64,000 nucleotides of DNA from Eledone cirrhosa (lineage: Eukaryota): positions 29,946,001 to 30,010,000 of the forward strand of contig OZ024762.1 of assembly GCA_964016885.1 (NCBI GenBank), written 5' to 3'. A program made the position numbers and the translations under genes. Below the pieces are notes generated by a model. That model was given only the letters and a program-made list of their open reading frames with translations, made no database searches and was not told where the DNA came from. Positions within the stretch are counted from its first letter, which is position 1. Each line of letters opens with the position of its first letter. Below, piece by piece: positions 14,101 through 28,900 of this stretch.

Positions 14101-17100
14101 TTCATGGTATTAGCTGTCAGAAGTCACTCCAATGTTGGTGAGAATTCATTTAAGTTCATGGTATTAGCTGTCAGAAGTCACTCCACTGTTGGTGAGAATT
14201 CATTTAAGTTCATGGTACTAGCTGTCAGAAGTAACCCCAATGTTGGTGAGAATTCATTTAAGTTCATGGTATTAGCTGTCAGAAGTCACTCCAATGTTGG
14301 TGAGAATTCATTTAAGTTCATGGTATTAGCTGTCAGAAGTAACTCCACTGTTGGTGAGAATTCATTTAAGTTCATGGTATTAGCTGTCAGAAGTAACTCC
14401 ACTGTTGGTGAGAATTCATTTAAGTTCATGGTATTAGCTGTCAGAAGGAACTCCAATGTTGGTGAGAATTCATTTAAGTCATGGTACTAGCTGTCAGAAG
14501 TAACTCCACTGTTGGTGAGAATTCATTTAAGTTCATGGTATTAGCTGTCAGAAGGAACGCCACTGTTGGTGAGAATTCATTTAAGTTCATGGTATTAGCT
14601 GTCAGAGGTAACTCCACTGTTGGTGAGAATTCATTTAAGTTCATGGTACTAGCTGTCAGAAGTAACTCCAATGTTGGTGAGAATTCATTTAAGTTCATGG
14701 TATTAGCTGTCAGAAGGAACTCCACTGTTGGTGAGAATTCATTTAAGTTCATGGTATTAGCTGTCAGAAGTAACTCCACTGTTGGTGAGAATTCATTTAA
14801 GTTCATGGTACTAGCTGTCAGAAGTAAATCCACTGTTGGTGAGAATTCAGTTAAGTTCATGGTATTAGTTGTCAGAAGTAACTCCACTGTTGGTGAGAAT
14901 TAATTTAAATCATGGTATTAGTTGTCAGAAGTAACTCCAATGTTGGTGAGAATTCATTTAAGTTCATGGTACTAGCTGTCAGAAGTAACTCCACTGTTGG
15001 TGAGAATTCATTTAAGTTCATGGTATTAGCTGTCAGAAGTAACTCCACTGTTGGTCAGAATTCATTTAAGTCATGGTATTAGCTGTCAGAAGTAACTCCA
15101 TTGTTGGTGAGAATTCATTTAAGTCAAGGTACTAGCTGTCAGAAGTAACTCCACTGTTGGTGAGAATTCATTTAAGTTCATGGTACTAGCTGTCAGAAGT
15201 AACTCCACTGTTGGTGAGAATTCATTTAAGTTCATGGTACTAGCTGTCAGAAGTAACTCCACTGTTGGTGAGAATTCATTTAAGTTCATGGTACTAGCTG
15301 TCAGAAGTAACCCCAATGTTGGTGAGAATTCATTTAAGTTCATGGTACTAGCTGTCAGAAGTAACCCCAATGTTGGTGAGAATTCATTTAAGTTCATGGT
15401 ATTAGCTGTCAGAAGTCACTCCAATGTTGGTGAGAATTCATTTAAGTTCATGGTATTAGCTGTCAGAAGTAACTCCACTGTTGGTGAGAATTCATTTAAG
15501 TTCATGGTATTAGCTGTCAGAAGTAACTCCACTGTTGGTGAGAATTCATTTAAGTTCATGGTATTAGCTGTCAGAAGTAACTCCACTGTTGGTGAGAATT
15601 CATTTAAGTTCATGGTATTAGCTGTCAGAAGGAACTCCAATGTTGGTGAGAATTCATTTAAGTCATGGTACTAGCTGTCAGAAGTAACTCCACTGTTGGT
15701 GAGAATTCATTTAAGTTCATGGTATTAGCTGTCAGAAGTAACTCCACTGTTGGTGAGAATTCATTTAAGTCATGGTATTAGCTGTCAGAAGTAACTCCAT
15801 TGTTGGTGAGAATTCATTTAAGTCATGGTACTAGCTGTCAGAAGTAACTCCACTGTTGGTGAGAATTCATTTAAGTTCATGGTACTAGCTGTCAGAAGTA
15901 ACTCCACTGTTGGTGAGAATTCATTTAAGTTCATGGTACTAGCTGTCAGAAGTAACTCCACTGTTGGTGAGAATTCATTTAAGTTCATGGTACTAGCTGT
16001 CAGAAGTAACTCCAATGTTGGTGAGAATTCATTTAAGTTCATGGTATTAGCTGTCAGAAGTAACTCCACTGTTGGTGAGAATTCATTTAAGTTCATGGTA
16101 CTAGCTGTCAGAAGTAACTCCACTGTTGGTGAGAATTCATTTAAGTTCATGGTACTAGCTGTCAGAAGTAACCCCAATGTTGGTGAGAATTCATTTAAGT
16201 TCATGGTATTAGCTGTCAGAAGTCACTCCAATGTTGGTGAGAATTCATTTAAGTTCATGGTATTAGCTGTCAGAAGTCACTCCACTGTTGGTGAGAATTC
16301 ATTTAAGTTCATGGTACTAGCTGTCAGAAGTAACCCCAATGTTGGTGAGAATTCATTTAAGTTCATGGTATTAGCTGTCAGAAGTCACTCCAATGTTGGT
16401 GAGAATTCATTTAAGTTCATGGTATTAGCTGTCAGAAGTAACTCCACTGTTGGTGAGAATTCATTTAAGTTCATGGTATTAGCTGTCAGAAGTAACTCCA
16501 CTGTTGGTGAGAATTCATTTAAGTTCATGGTATTAGCTGTCAGAAGGAACTCCAATGTTGGTGACAATTCATTTAAGTCATGGTACTAGCTGTCAGAAGT
16601 AACTCCACTGTTGGTGAGAATTCATTTAAGTTCATGGTATTAGCTGTCAGAAGGAACGCCACTGTTGGTGAGAATTCATTTAAGTTCATGGTATTAGCTG
16701 TCAGAGGTAACTCCACTGTTGGTGAGAATTCATTTAAGTTCATGGTACTAGCTGTCAGAAGTAACTCCAATGTTGGTGAGAATTCATTTAAGTTCATGGT
16801 ATTAGCTGTCAGAAGGAACTCCACTGTTGGTGAGAATTCATTTAAGTTCATGGTATTAGCTGTCAGAAGTAACTCCACTGTTGGTGAGAATTCATTTAAG
16901 TTCATGGTACTAGCTGTCAGAAGTAAATCCACTGTTGGTGAGAATTCAGTTAAGTTCATGGTATTAGTTGTCAGAAGTAACTCCACTGTTGGTGAGAATT
17001 AATTTAAATCATGGTATTAGTTGTCAGAAGTAACTCCAATGTTGGTGAGAATTCATTTAAGTTCATGGTACTAGCTGTCAGAAGTAACTCCACTGTTGGT

Positions 17101-17450
17101 GAGAATTCATTTAAGTTCATGGTATTAGCTGTCAGAAGTAACTCCACTGTTGGTCAGAATTCATTTAAGTCATGGTATTAGCTGTCAGAAGTAACTCCAT
17201 TGTTGGTGAGAATTCATTTAAGTCAAGGTACTAGCTGTCAGAAGTAACTCCACTGTTGGTGAGAATTCATTTAAGTTCATGGTACTAGCTGTCAGAAGTA
17301 ACTCCACTGTTGGTGAGAATTCATTTAAGTTCATGGTACTAGCTGTCAGAAGTAACTCCACTGTTGGTGAGAATTCATTTAAGTTCATGGTACTAGCTGT
17401 CAGAAGTAACCCCAATGTTGGTGAGAATTCATTTAAGTTCATGGTATTAG
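13250..17450. repeat. Tandem segmental duplication, period 2,099 bp (39 monomers)
   Basis: Rare variants recur at exactly +2,099: GTCAGAGGT 14601/16700, GAAGTAAATCC 14821/16920, TTGGTCAGAA 15051/17150, AAGTCAAGGT 15121/17220. ORF landmarks 13726/15825, 14481/16580, 14903/17002. Confidence 0.9.
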
Positions 17451-20400
17451 CTGTCAGAAGTCACTCCAATGTTGGTGAGAATTCATTTAAGTTCATGGTA
17501 TTAGCTGTCAGAAGTAACTCCACTGTTGGTGAGAATTCATTTAAGTTCATGGTATTAGCTGTCAGAAGTAACTCCACTGTTGGTGAGAATTCATTTAAGT
17601 TCATGGTATTAGCTGTCAGAAGTAACTCCACTGTTGGTGAGAATTCATTTAAGTTCATGGTATTAGCTGTCAGAAGGAACTCCAATGTTGGTGAGAATTC
17701 ATTTAAGTCATGGTACTAGCTGTCAGAAGTAACTCCACTGTTGGTGAGAATTCATTTAAGTTCATGGTATTAGCTGTCAGAAGGAACGCCACTGTTGGTG
17801 AGAATTCATTTAAGTTCATGGTATTAGCTGTCAGAAGTAACTCCACTGTTGGTGAGAATTCATTTAAGTTCATGGTACTAGCTGTCAGAAGTAACTCCAA
17901 TGTTGGTGAGAATTCATTTAAATTCATGGTATTAGCTGTCAGAAGGAACTCCACTGTTGGTGAGAATTCATTTAAGTTCATGGTATTAGCTGTCAGAAGT
18001 AACTCCACTGTTGGTGAGAATTCATTTAAGTTCATGGTACTAGCTGTCAGAAGTAACTCCACTGTTGGTGAGAATTCAGTTAAGTTCATGGTATTAGTTG
18101 TCAGAAGTAACTCCACTGTTGGTGAGAATTAATTTAAATCATGGTATTAGTTGTCAGAAGTAACTCCAATGTTGCTGAGAATTCATTTAAGTTCATGGTA
18201 CTAGCTGTCAGAAGTAACTCCACTGTTGGTGAGAATTCATTTAAGTTCATGGTATTAGCTGTCAGAAGTAACTCCACTGTTGGTGAGAATTCATTTAAGT
18301 CATGGTATTAGCTGTCAGAAGTAACTCCATTGTTGGTGAGAATTCATTTAAGTCATGGTACTAGCTGTCAGAAGTAACTCCACTGTTGGTGAGAATTCAT
18401 TTAAGTTCATGGTACTAGCTGTCAGAAGTAACTCCACTGTTGGTGAGAATTCATTTAAGTTCATGGTACTAGCTGTCAGAAGTAACTCCACTGTTGGTGA
18501 GAATTCATTTAAGTTCATGGTACTAGCTGTCAGAAGTAACTCCACTGTTGGTGAGAATTCATTTAAGTTCATGGTACTAGCTGTCAGAAGTAACTCCAAT
18601 GTTGGTGAGAATTCATTTAAGTTCATGGTATTAGCTGTCAGAAGTAACTCCACTGTTGGTGAGAATTCATTTAAGTTCATGGTACTAGCTGTCAGAAGTA
18701 ACTCCACTGTTGGTGAGAATTCATATAAGTTCTTGGTACTAGCTGTCAGAAGTAACCCCAATGTTGGTGACAATTCATTTAAGTTCATGGTATTAGCTGT
18801 CAGAAGTCACTCCAATGTTGGTGAGAATTCATTTAAGTTCATGGTATTAGCTGTCAGAAGTAACTCCACTGTTGGTGAGAATTCATTTAAGTTCATGGTA
18901 TTAGCTGTCAGAAGTAACTCCACTGTTGGTGAGAATTCATTTAAGTTCATGGTATTAGCTGTCAGAAGTAACTCCACTGTTGGTGAGAATTCATTTAAGT
19001 TCATGTTATTAGCTGTCAGAAGGAACTCCAATGTTGGTGAGAATTCATTTAAGTCATGGTACTAGCTGTCAGAAGTAACTCCACTGTTGGTGAGAATTCA
19101 TTTAAGTTCATGGTATTAGCTGTCAGAAGTAACTCCACTGTTGGTGAGAATTCATTTAAGTCATGGTATTAGCTGTCAGAAGTAACTCCATTGTTGGTGA
19201 GAATTCATTTAAGTCATGGTACTAGCTGTCAGAAGTAACTCCACTGTTGGTGAGAATTCATTTAAGTTCATGGTACTAGCTGTCAGAAGTAACTCCACTG
19301 TTGGTGAGAATTCATTTAAGTTCATGGTACTAGCTGTCAGAAGTAACTCCACTGTTGGTGAGAATTCATTTAAGTTCATGGTACTAGCTGTCAGAAGTAA
19401 CTCCACTGTTGGTGAGAATTCATTTAAGTTCATGGTACTAGCTGTCAGAAGTAACTCCAATGTTGGTGAGAATTCATTTAAGTTCATGGTATTAGCTGTC
19501 AGAAGTAACTCCACTGTTGGTGAGAATTCATTTAAGTTCATGGTACTAGCTGTCAGAAGTAACTCCACTGTTGGTGAGAATTCATTTAAGTTCATGGTAC
19601 TAGCTGTCAGAAGTAACCCCAATGTTGGTGAGAATTCATTTAAGTTCATGGTATTAGCTGTCAGAAGTCACTCCAATGTTGGTGAGAATTCATTTAAGTT
19701 CATGGTATTAGCTGTCAGAAGTCACTCCACTGTTGGTGAGAATTCATTTAAGTCATGGTACTAGCTGTCAGAAGTAACCCCAATGTTGGTGAGAATTCAT
19801 TTAAGTTCATGGTATTAGCTGTCAGAAGTCACTCCAATGTTGGTGAGAATTCATTTAAGTTCATGGTATTAGCTGTCAGAAGTAACTCCACTGTTGGTGA
19901 GAATTCATTTAAGTTCATGGTATTAGCTGTCAGAAGTAACTCCACTGTTGGTGAGAATTCATTTAAGTTCATGGTATTAGCTGTCAGAAGTAACTCCACT
20001 GTTGGTGAGAATTCATTTAAGTTCATGGTATTAGCTGTCAGAAGGAACTCCAATGTTGGTGAGAATTCATTTAAGTCATGGTACTAGCTGTCAGAAGTAA
20101 CTCCACTGATGGTGAGAATTCATTTAAGTTCATGGTATTAGCTGTCAGAAGGAACGCCACTGTTGGTGAGAATTCATTTAAGTTCATGGTATTAGCTGTC
20201 AGAGGTAACTCCACTGTTGGTGAGAATTCATTTAAGTTCATGGTACTAGCTGTCAGAAGTAACTCCAATGTTGGTGAGAATTCATTTAAGTTCATGGTAT
20301 TAGCTGTCAGAAGGAACTCCACTGTTGGTGAGAATTCATTTAAGTTCATGGTATTAGCTGTCAGAAGTAACTCCACTGTTGGTGAGAATTCATTTAAGTT

Positions 20401-21269
20401 CATGGTACTAGCTGTCAGAAGTAAATCCACTGTTGGTGAGAATTCAGTTAAGTTCATGGTATTAGTTGTCAGAAGTAACTCCACTGTTGGTGAGAATTAA
20501 TTTAAATCATGGTATTAGTTGTCAGAAGTAACTCCAATGTTGGTGAGAATTCATTTAAGTTCATGGTACTAGCTGTCAGAAGTAACTCCACTGTTGGTGA
20601 GAATTCATTTAAGTTCATGGTATTAGCTGTCAGAAGTAACTCCACTGTTGGTGAGAATTCATTTAAGTTATGGTATTAGCTGTCAGAAGTAACTCCATTG
20701 TTGGTGAGAATTCATTTAAGTCATGGTACTAGCTGTCAGAAGTAACTCCACTGTTGGTGAGAATTCATTTAAGTTCATGGTACTAGCTGTCAGAAGTAAA
20801 TCCACTGTTGGTGAGAATTCATTTAAGTTCATGGTACTAGCTGTCAGAAGTAACTCCACTGTTGGTGAGAATTCATTTAAGTTCATGGTACTAGCTGTCA
20901 GAAGTAACTCCACTGTTGGTGAGAATTCATTTAAGTTCATGGTATTAGCTGTCAGAAGTAACTCCACTGTTGGTGAGAATTCATTTAAGTTCATGGTACT
21001 AGCTGTCAGAAGTAACTCCACTGTTGGTGAGAATTCATTTAAGTTCATGGTATTAGCTGTCAGAAGTAACTCCACTTTTGGTGAGAATTCATTTAAGTTC
21101 ATGGTATTAGCTGTCAGAAGGAACTCCAATGTTGGTGAGAATTCATTTAAGTCATGGTACTAGCTGTCAGAAGTAACTCCACTGTTGGTGAGAATTCATT
21201 TAAGTTCATGGTATTAGCTGTCAGAAGGAACGCCACTGTTGGTGAGAATTCATTTAAGTTCATGGTATT

Positions 21270-24200
21270 AGCTGTCAGAAGTAACTCCACTGTTGGTGAG
21301 AATTCATTTAAGTTCATGGTACTAGCTGTCAGAAGTAACTCCAATGTTGGTGAGAATTCATTTAAGTTCATGGTATTAGCTGTCAGAAGGAACTCCACTG
21401 TTGGTGAGAATTCATTTAAGTTCATGGTATTAGCTGTCAGAAGTAACTCCACTGTTGGTGAGAATTCATTTAAGTTCATGGTACTAGCTGTCAGAAGTAA
21501 CTCCACTGTTGGTGAGAATTCAGTTAAGTTCATGGTATTAGTTGTCAGAAGTAACTCCACTGTTGGTGAGAATTAATTTAAATCATGGTATTAGTTGTCA
21601 GAAGTAACTCCAATGTTGGTGAGAATTCATTTAAGTTCATGGTACTAGCTGTCAGAAGTAACTCCACTGTTGGTGAGAATTCATTTAAGTTCATGGTATT
21701 AGCTGTCAGAAGTAACTCCACTGTTGGTGGGAATTCATTTAAGTCATGGTATTAGCTGTCAGAAGTAACTCCATTGTTGGTGAGAATTCATGTAAGTCAT
21801 GGTACTAGCTGTCAGAAGTAACTCCACTGTTGGTGAGAATTCATTTAAGTTCATGGTACTAGCTGTCAGAAGTAACTCCACTGTTGGTGAGAATTCATTT
21901 AAGTTCATGGTACTAGCTGTCAGAAGTAACTCCACTGTTGGTGAGAATTCATTTAAGTTCATGGTACTAGCTGTCAGAAGTAACTCCACTGTTGGTGAGA
22001 ATTCATTTAAGTTCATGGTATTAGCTGTCAGAAGTAACTCCACTGCTGGTGAGAATTCATTTAAGTTCATGGTACTAGCTGTCAGAAGTAACTCCACTGT
22101 TGGTGAGAATTCATTTAAGTTCATGGTACTAGCTGTCAGAAGTAACCCCAATGTTGGTGAGAATTCATTTAAGTTCATGGTATTAGCTGTCAGAAGTCAC
22201 TCCAATGTTGGTGAGAATTCATTTAAGTTCATGGTATTAGCTGTCAGAAGTCACTCCACTGTTGGTGAGAATTCATTTAAGTTCATGGTACTAGCTGTCA
22301 GAAGTAACCCCAATGTTGGTGAGAATTCATTTAAGTTCATGGTATTAGCTGTCAGAAGTCACTCCAATGTTGGTGAGAATTCATTTAAGTTCATGGTATT
22401 AGCTGTCAGAATTAACTCCACTGTTGGTGAGAATTCATTTAAGTTCATGGTATTAGCTGTCAGAAGGAACTCCAATGTTGGTGAGAATTCATTTAAGTCA
22501 TGGTACTAGCTGTCAGAAGTAACTCCACTGTTGGTGAGAATTCATTTAAGTTCATGGTATTAGCTGTCAGAAGGAACGCCACTGTTGGTGAGAATTCATT
22601 TAAGTTCATGGTATTAGCTGTCAGAAGTAACTCCACTGTTGGTGAGAATTCATTTAAGTTCATGGTACTAGCTGTCAGAAGTAACTCCAATGTTGGTGAG
22701 AATTCATTTAAGTTCATGGTATTAGCTGTCAGAAGTCACTCCACTGTTGGTGAGAATTCATTTAAGTTCATGGTACTAGCTGTCAGAAGTAACCCCAATG
22801 TTGGTGAGAATTCATTTAAGTTCATGGCATTAGCTGTCAGAAGTCACTCCAATGTTGCTGAGAATTCATTTAAGTTCATGGTATTAGCTGTCAGAAGTAA
22901 CTCCACTGTTGGTGAGAATTCATTTAAGTCATGGTACTAGCTGTCAGAAGTAACTCCACTGTTGGTGAGAATTCATTTAAGTTCATGGTACTAGCTGTCA
23001 GAAGTAACTCCACTGTTGGTGAGAATTCATTTAAGTTCATGGTATTAGCTGTCAGAAGTAACTCCACTGTTGGTGAGAATTCATTTAAGTTCATGGTATT
23101 AGCTGTCAGAAGTAACTCCACTGTTGGTGAGAATTCATTTAAGTTCATGGTATTAGCTGTCAGAAGGAACTCCAATGTTGGTGAGAATTCATTTAAGTCA
23201 TGGTACTAGCTGTCAGAAGTAACTCCACTGTTGGTGAGAATTCATTTAAGTTCATGGTATTAGCTGTCAGAAGGAACGCCACTGTTGGTGAGAATTCATT
23301 TAGTTCATGGTATTAGCTGTCAGAAGTAACTCCACTGTTGGTGAGAATTCATTTAAGTTCATGGTACTAGCTGTCAGAAGTAACTCCAATGTTGGTGAGA
23401 ATTCATTTAAGTTCATGGTATTAGCTGTCAGAAGGAACTCCACTGTTGGTGAGAATTCATTTAAGTTCATGGTATTAGCTGTCAGAAGTAACTCCACTGT
23501 TGGTGAGAATTCATTTAAGTTCATGGTACTAGCTGTCAGAAGTAACTCCACTGTTGGTGAGAATTCAGTTAAGTTCATGGTATTAGTTGTCAGAAGTAAC
23601 TCCACTGTTGGTGAGAATTAATTTAAATCATGGTATTAGTTGTCAGAAGTAACTCCAATGTTGGTGAGAATTCATTTAAGTTCATGGTACTAGCTGTCAG
23701 AAGTAACTCCACTGTTGGTGAGAATTCATTTAAGTTCATGTTATTAGCTGTCAGAAGGAACTCCAATGTTGGTGAGAATTCATTTAAGTCATGGTACTAG
23801 CTGTCAGAAGTAACTCCACTGTTGGTGAGAATTCATTTAAGTTCATGGTATTAGCTGTCAGAAGTAACTCCACTGTTGGTGAGAATTCATTTAAGTCATG
23901 GTATTAGCTGTCAGAAGTAACTCCATTGTTGGTGAGAATTCATTTAAGTCATGGTACTAGCTGTCAGAAGTAACTCCACTGTTGGTGAGAATTCATTTAA
24001 GTTCATGGTACTAGCTGTCAGAAGTAACTCCACTGTTGGTGAGAATTCATTTAAGTTCATGGTACTAGCTGTCAGAAGTAACTCCACTGTTGGTGAGAAT
24101 TCATTTAAGTTCATGGTACTAGCTGTCAGAAGTAACTCCACTGTTGGTGAGAATTCATTTAAGTTCATGGTACTAGCTGTCAGAAGTAACTCCAATGTTG

Positions 24201-27200
24201 GTGAGAATTCATTTAAGTTCATGGTATTAGCTGTCAGAAGTAACTCCACTGTTGGTGAGAATTCATTTAAGTTCATGGTACTAGCTGTCAGAAGTAACTC
24301 CACTGTTGGTGAGAATTCATTTAAGTTCATGGTACTAGCTGTCAGAAGTAACCCCAATGTTGGTGAGAATTCATTTAAGTTCATGGTATTAGCTGTCAGA
24401 AGTCACTCCAATGTTGGTGAGAATTCATTTAAGTTCATGGTATTAGCTGTCAGAAGTCACTCCACTGTTGGTGAGAATTCATTTAAGTCATGGTACTAGC
24501 TGTCAGAAGTAACCCCAATGTTGGTGAGAATTCATTTAAGTTCATGGTATTAGCTGTCAGAAGTCACTCTAATGTTGGTGAGAATTCATTTAAGTTCATG
24601 GTATTAGCTGTCAGAAGTAACTCCACTGTTGGTGAGAATTCATTTAAGTTCATGGTATTAGCTGTCAGAAGTAACTCCACTGTTGGTGAGAATTCATTTA
24701 AGTTCATGGTATTAGCTGTCAGAAGTAACTCCACTGTTGGTGAGAATTCATTTAAGTTCATGGTATTAGCTGTCAGAAGGAACTCCAATGTTGGTGAGAA
24801 TTCATTTAAGTCATGGTACTAGCTGTCAGAAGTAACTCCACTGTTGGTGAGAATTCATTTAAGTTCATGGTATTAGCTGTCAGAAGGAACGCCACTGTTG
24901 GTGAGAATTCATTTAAGTTCATGGTATTAGCTGTCAGAGGTAACTCCACTGTTGGTGAGAATTCATTTAAGTTCATGGTACTAGCTGTCAGAAGTAACTC
25001 CAATGTTGGTGAGAATTCATTTAAGTTCATGGTATTAGCTGTCAGAAGGAACTCCACTGTTGGTGAGAATTCATTTAAGTTCATGGTATTAGCTGTCAGA
25101 AGTAACTCCACTGTTGGTGAGAATTCATTTAAGTTCATGGTACTAGCTGTCAGAAGTAAATCCACTGTTGGTGAGAATTCAGTTAAGTTCATGGTATTAG
25201 TTGTCAGAAGTAACTCCACTGTTGGTGAGAATTAATTTAAATCATGGTATTAGTTGTCAGAAGTAACTCCACTGTTGGTGAGAATTCATTTAAGTTCATG
25301 GTACTAGCTGTCAGAAGTAACTCCAATGTTGGTGAGAATTCATTTAAGTTCATGGTATTAGCTGTCAGAAGGAACTCCACTGTTGGTGAGAATTCATTTA
25401 AGTTCATGGTATTAGCTGTCAGAAATAACTCCACCGTTGGTGAGAATTCATTTAAGTTCATGGTACTAGCTGTCAGAAGTAACTCCACTGTTGGTGAGAA
25501 TTCAGTTAAGTTCATGGTATTAGTTGTCAGAAGTAACTCCACTGTTGGTGAGAATTAATTTAAATCATGGTATTAGTTGTCAGAAGTAACTCCAATGTTG
25601 GTGAGAATTCATTTAAGTTCATGGTACTAGCTGTCAGAAGTAACTCCACTGTTGTTGAGAATTCATTTAAGTTCATGGTATTAGCTGTCAGAAGTAACTC
25701 CACTGTTGGTGGGAATTCATTTAAGTCATGGTATTAGCTGTCAGAAGTAACTCCATTGTTGGTGAGAATTCATGTAAGTCATGGTACTAGCTGTCAGAAG
25801 TAACTCCACTGTTGGTGAGAATTCATTTAAGTTCATGGTACTAGCTGTCAGAAGTAACTCCACTGTTGGTGAGAATTCATTTAAGTTCATGGTACTAGCT
25901 GTCAGAAGTAACTCCACTGTTGGTGAGAATTCATTTAAGTTCATGGTACTAGCTGTCAGAAGTAACTCCACTGTTGGTGAGAATTCATTTAAGTTCATGG
26001 TATTAGCTGTCAGAAGTAACTCCACTGTTGGTGAGAATTCATTTAAGTTCATGGTACTAGCTGTCAGAAGTAACTCCACTGTTGGTGAGAATTCATTTAA
26101 GTTCATGGTACTAGCTGTCAGAAGTAACCCCAATGTTGGTGAGAATTCATTTAAGTTCATGGTATTAGCTGTCAGAAGTCACTCCAATGTTGGTGAGAAT
26201 TCATTTAAGTTCATGGTATTAGCTGTCAGAAGTCACTCCACTGTTGGTGAGAATTCATTTAAGTTCATGGTACTAGCTGTCAGAAGTAACCCCAATGTTG
26301 GTGAGAATTCATTTAAGTTCATGGTATTAGCTGTCAGAAGTCACTCCAATGTTGGTGAGAATTCATTTAAGTTCATGGTATTAGCTGTCAGAATTAACTC
26401 CACTGTTGGTGAGAATTCATTTAAGTTCATGGTATTAGCTGTCAGAAGGAACTCCAATGTTGGTGAGAATTCATTTAAGTCATGGTACTAGCTGTCAGAA
26501 GTAACTCCACTGTTGGTGAGAATTCATTTAAGTTCATGGTATTAGCTGTCAGAAGGAACGCCACTGTTGGTGAGAATTCATTTAAGTTCATGGTATTAGC
26601 TGTCAGAAGTAACTCCACTGTTGGTGAGAATTCATTTAAGTTCATGGTACTAGCTGTCAGAAGTAACTCCAATGTTGGTGAGAATTCATTTAAGTTCATG
26701 GTATTAGCTGTCAGAAGTCACTCCACTGTTGGTGAGAATTCATTTAAGTTCATGGTACTAGCTGTCAGAAGTAACCCCAATGTTGGTGAGAATTCATTTA
26801 AGTTCATGGTATTAGCTGTCAGAAGTCACTCCAATGTTGCTGAGAATTCATTTAAGTTCATGGTATTAGCTGTCAGAAGTAACTCCACTGTTGGTGAGAA
26901 TTCATTTAAGTCATGGTACTAGCTGTCAGAAGTAACCCCACTGTTGGTGAGAATTCATTTAAGTTCATGGTACTAGCTGTCAGAAGTAACTCCACTGTTG
27001 GTGAGAATTCATTTAAGTTCATGGTATTAGCTGTCAGAAGTAACTCCACTGTTGGTGAGAATTCATTTAAGTTCATGGTATTAGCTGTCAGAAGTAACTC
27101 CACTGTTGGTGAGAATTCATTTAAGTTCATGGTATTAGCTGTCAGAAGAAACTCCAATGTTGGTGAGAATTCATTTAAGTCATGGTACTAGCTGTCAGAA

Positions 27201-28900
27201 GTAACTCCACTGTTGGTGAGAATTCATTTAAGTTCATGGTATTAGCTGTCAGAAGGAACGCCACTGTTGGTGAGAATTCATTTAGTTCATGGTATTAGCT
27301 GTCAGAAGTAACTCCACTGTTGGTGAGAATTCATTTAAGTTCATGGTACTAGCTGTCAGAAGTAACTCCAATGTTGGTGAGAATTCATTTAAGTTCATGG
27401 TATTAGCTGTCAGAAGGAACTCCACTGTTGGTGAGAATTCATTTAAGTTCATGGTATTAGCTGTCAGAAGTAACTCCACTGTTGGTGAGAATTCATTTAA
27501 GTTCATGGTACTAGCTGTCAGAAGTAACTCCACTGTTGGTGAGAATTCAGTTAAGTTCATGGTATTAGTTGTCAGAAGTAACTCCACTGTTGGTGAGAAT
27601 TAATTTAAATCATGGTATTAGTTGTCAGAAGTAACTCCAATGTTGGTGAGAATTCATTTAAGTTCATGGTACTAGCTGTCAGAAGTAACTCCACTGTTGA
27701 TGAGAATTCATTTAAGTTCATGTTATTAGCTGTCAGAAGGAACTCCAATGTTGGTGAGAATTCATTTAAGTCATGGTACTAGCTGTCAGAAGTAACTCCA
27801 CTGTTGGTGAGAATTCATTTAAGTTCATGGTATTAGCTGTCAGAAGTAACTCCACTGTTGGTGAGAATTCATTTAAGTCATGGTATTAGCTGTCAGAAGT
27901 AACTCCATTGTTGGTGAGAATTCATTTAAGTCATGGTACTAGCTGTCAGAAGTAACTCCACTGTTGGTGAGAATTCATTTAAGTTCATGGTACTAGCTGT
28001 CAGAAGTAACTCCACTGTTGGTGAGAATTCATTTAAGTTCATGGTACTAGCTGTCAGAAGTAACTCCACTGTTGGTGAGAATTCATTTAAGTTCATGGTA
28101 CTAGCTGTCAGAAGTAACTCCACTGTTGGTGAGAATTCATTTAAGTTCATGGTACTAGCTGTTAGAAGTAACTCCAATGTTGGTGAGAATTCATTTAAGT
28201 TCATGGTATTAGCTGTCAGAAGTAACTCCACTGTTGGTGAGAATTCATTTAAGTTCATGGTACTAGCTGTCAGAAGTAACTCCACTGTTGGTGAGAATTC
28301 ATTTAAGTTCATGGTACTAGCTGTCAGAAGTAACCCCAATGTTGGTGAGAATTCATTTAAGTTCATGGTATTAGCTGTCAGAAGTCACTCCAATGTTGGT
28401 GAGAATTCATTTAAGTTCATGGTATTAGCTGTCAGAAGTCACTCCACTGTTGGTGAGAATTCATTTAAGTCATGGTACTAGCTGTCAGAAGTAACCCCAA
28501 TGTTGGTGAGAATTCATTTAAGTTCATGGTATTAGCTGTCAGAAGTCACTCTAATGTTGGTGAGAATTCATTTAAGTTCATGGTATTAGCTGTCAGAAGT
28601 AACTCCACTGTTGGTGAGAATTCATTTAAGTTCATGGTATTAGCTGTCAGAAGTAACTCCACTGTTGGTGAGAATTCATTTAAGTTCATGGTATTAGCTG
28701 TCAGAAGTAACTCCACTGTTGGTGAGAATTCATTTAAGTTCATGGTATTAGCTGTCAGAAGGAACTCCAATGTTGGTGAGAATTCATTTAAGTCATGGTA
28801 CTAGCTGTCAGAAGTAACTCCACTGTTGGTGAGAATTCATTTAAGTTCATGGTATTAGCTGTCAGAAGGAACGCCACTGTTGGTGAGAATTCATTTAAGT
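21270..28900. repeat. Tandem segmental duplication, period 3,982 bp (74 monomers)
   Basis: Rare variants at +3,982: TCATGTAAGTC 21788/25770, AGAATTAAC near 22411/26393, GTTGCTGAG 22854/26836, TTTAGTTC deletion 23299/27281, CACTCTAAT 24565/28547. ORF starts 21799/25781, 22500/26482, 23951/27933, 24813/28795. Confidence 0.9.
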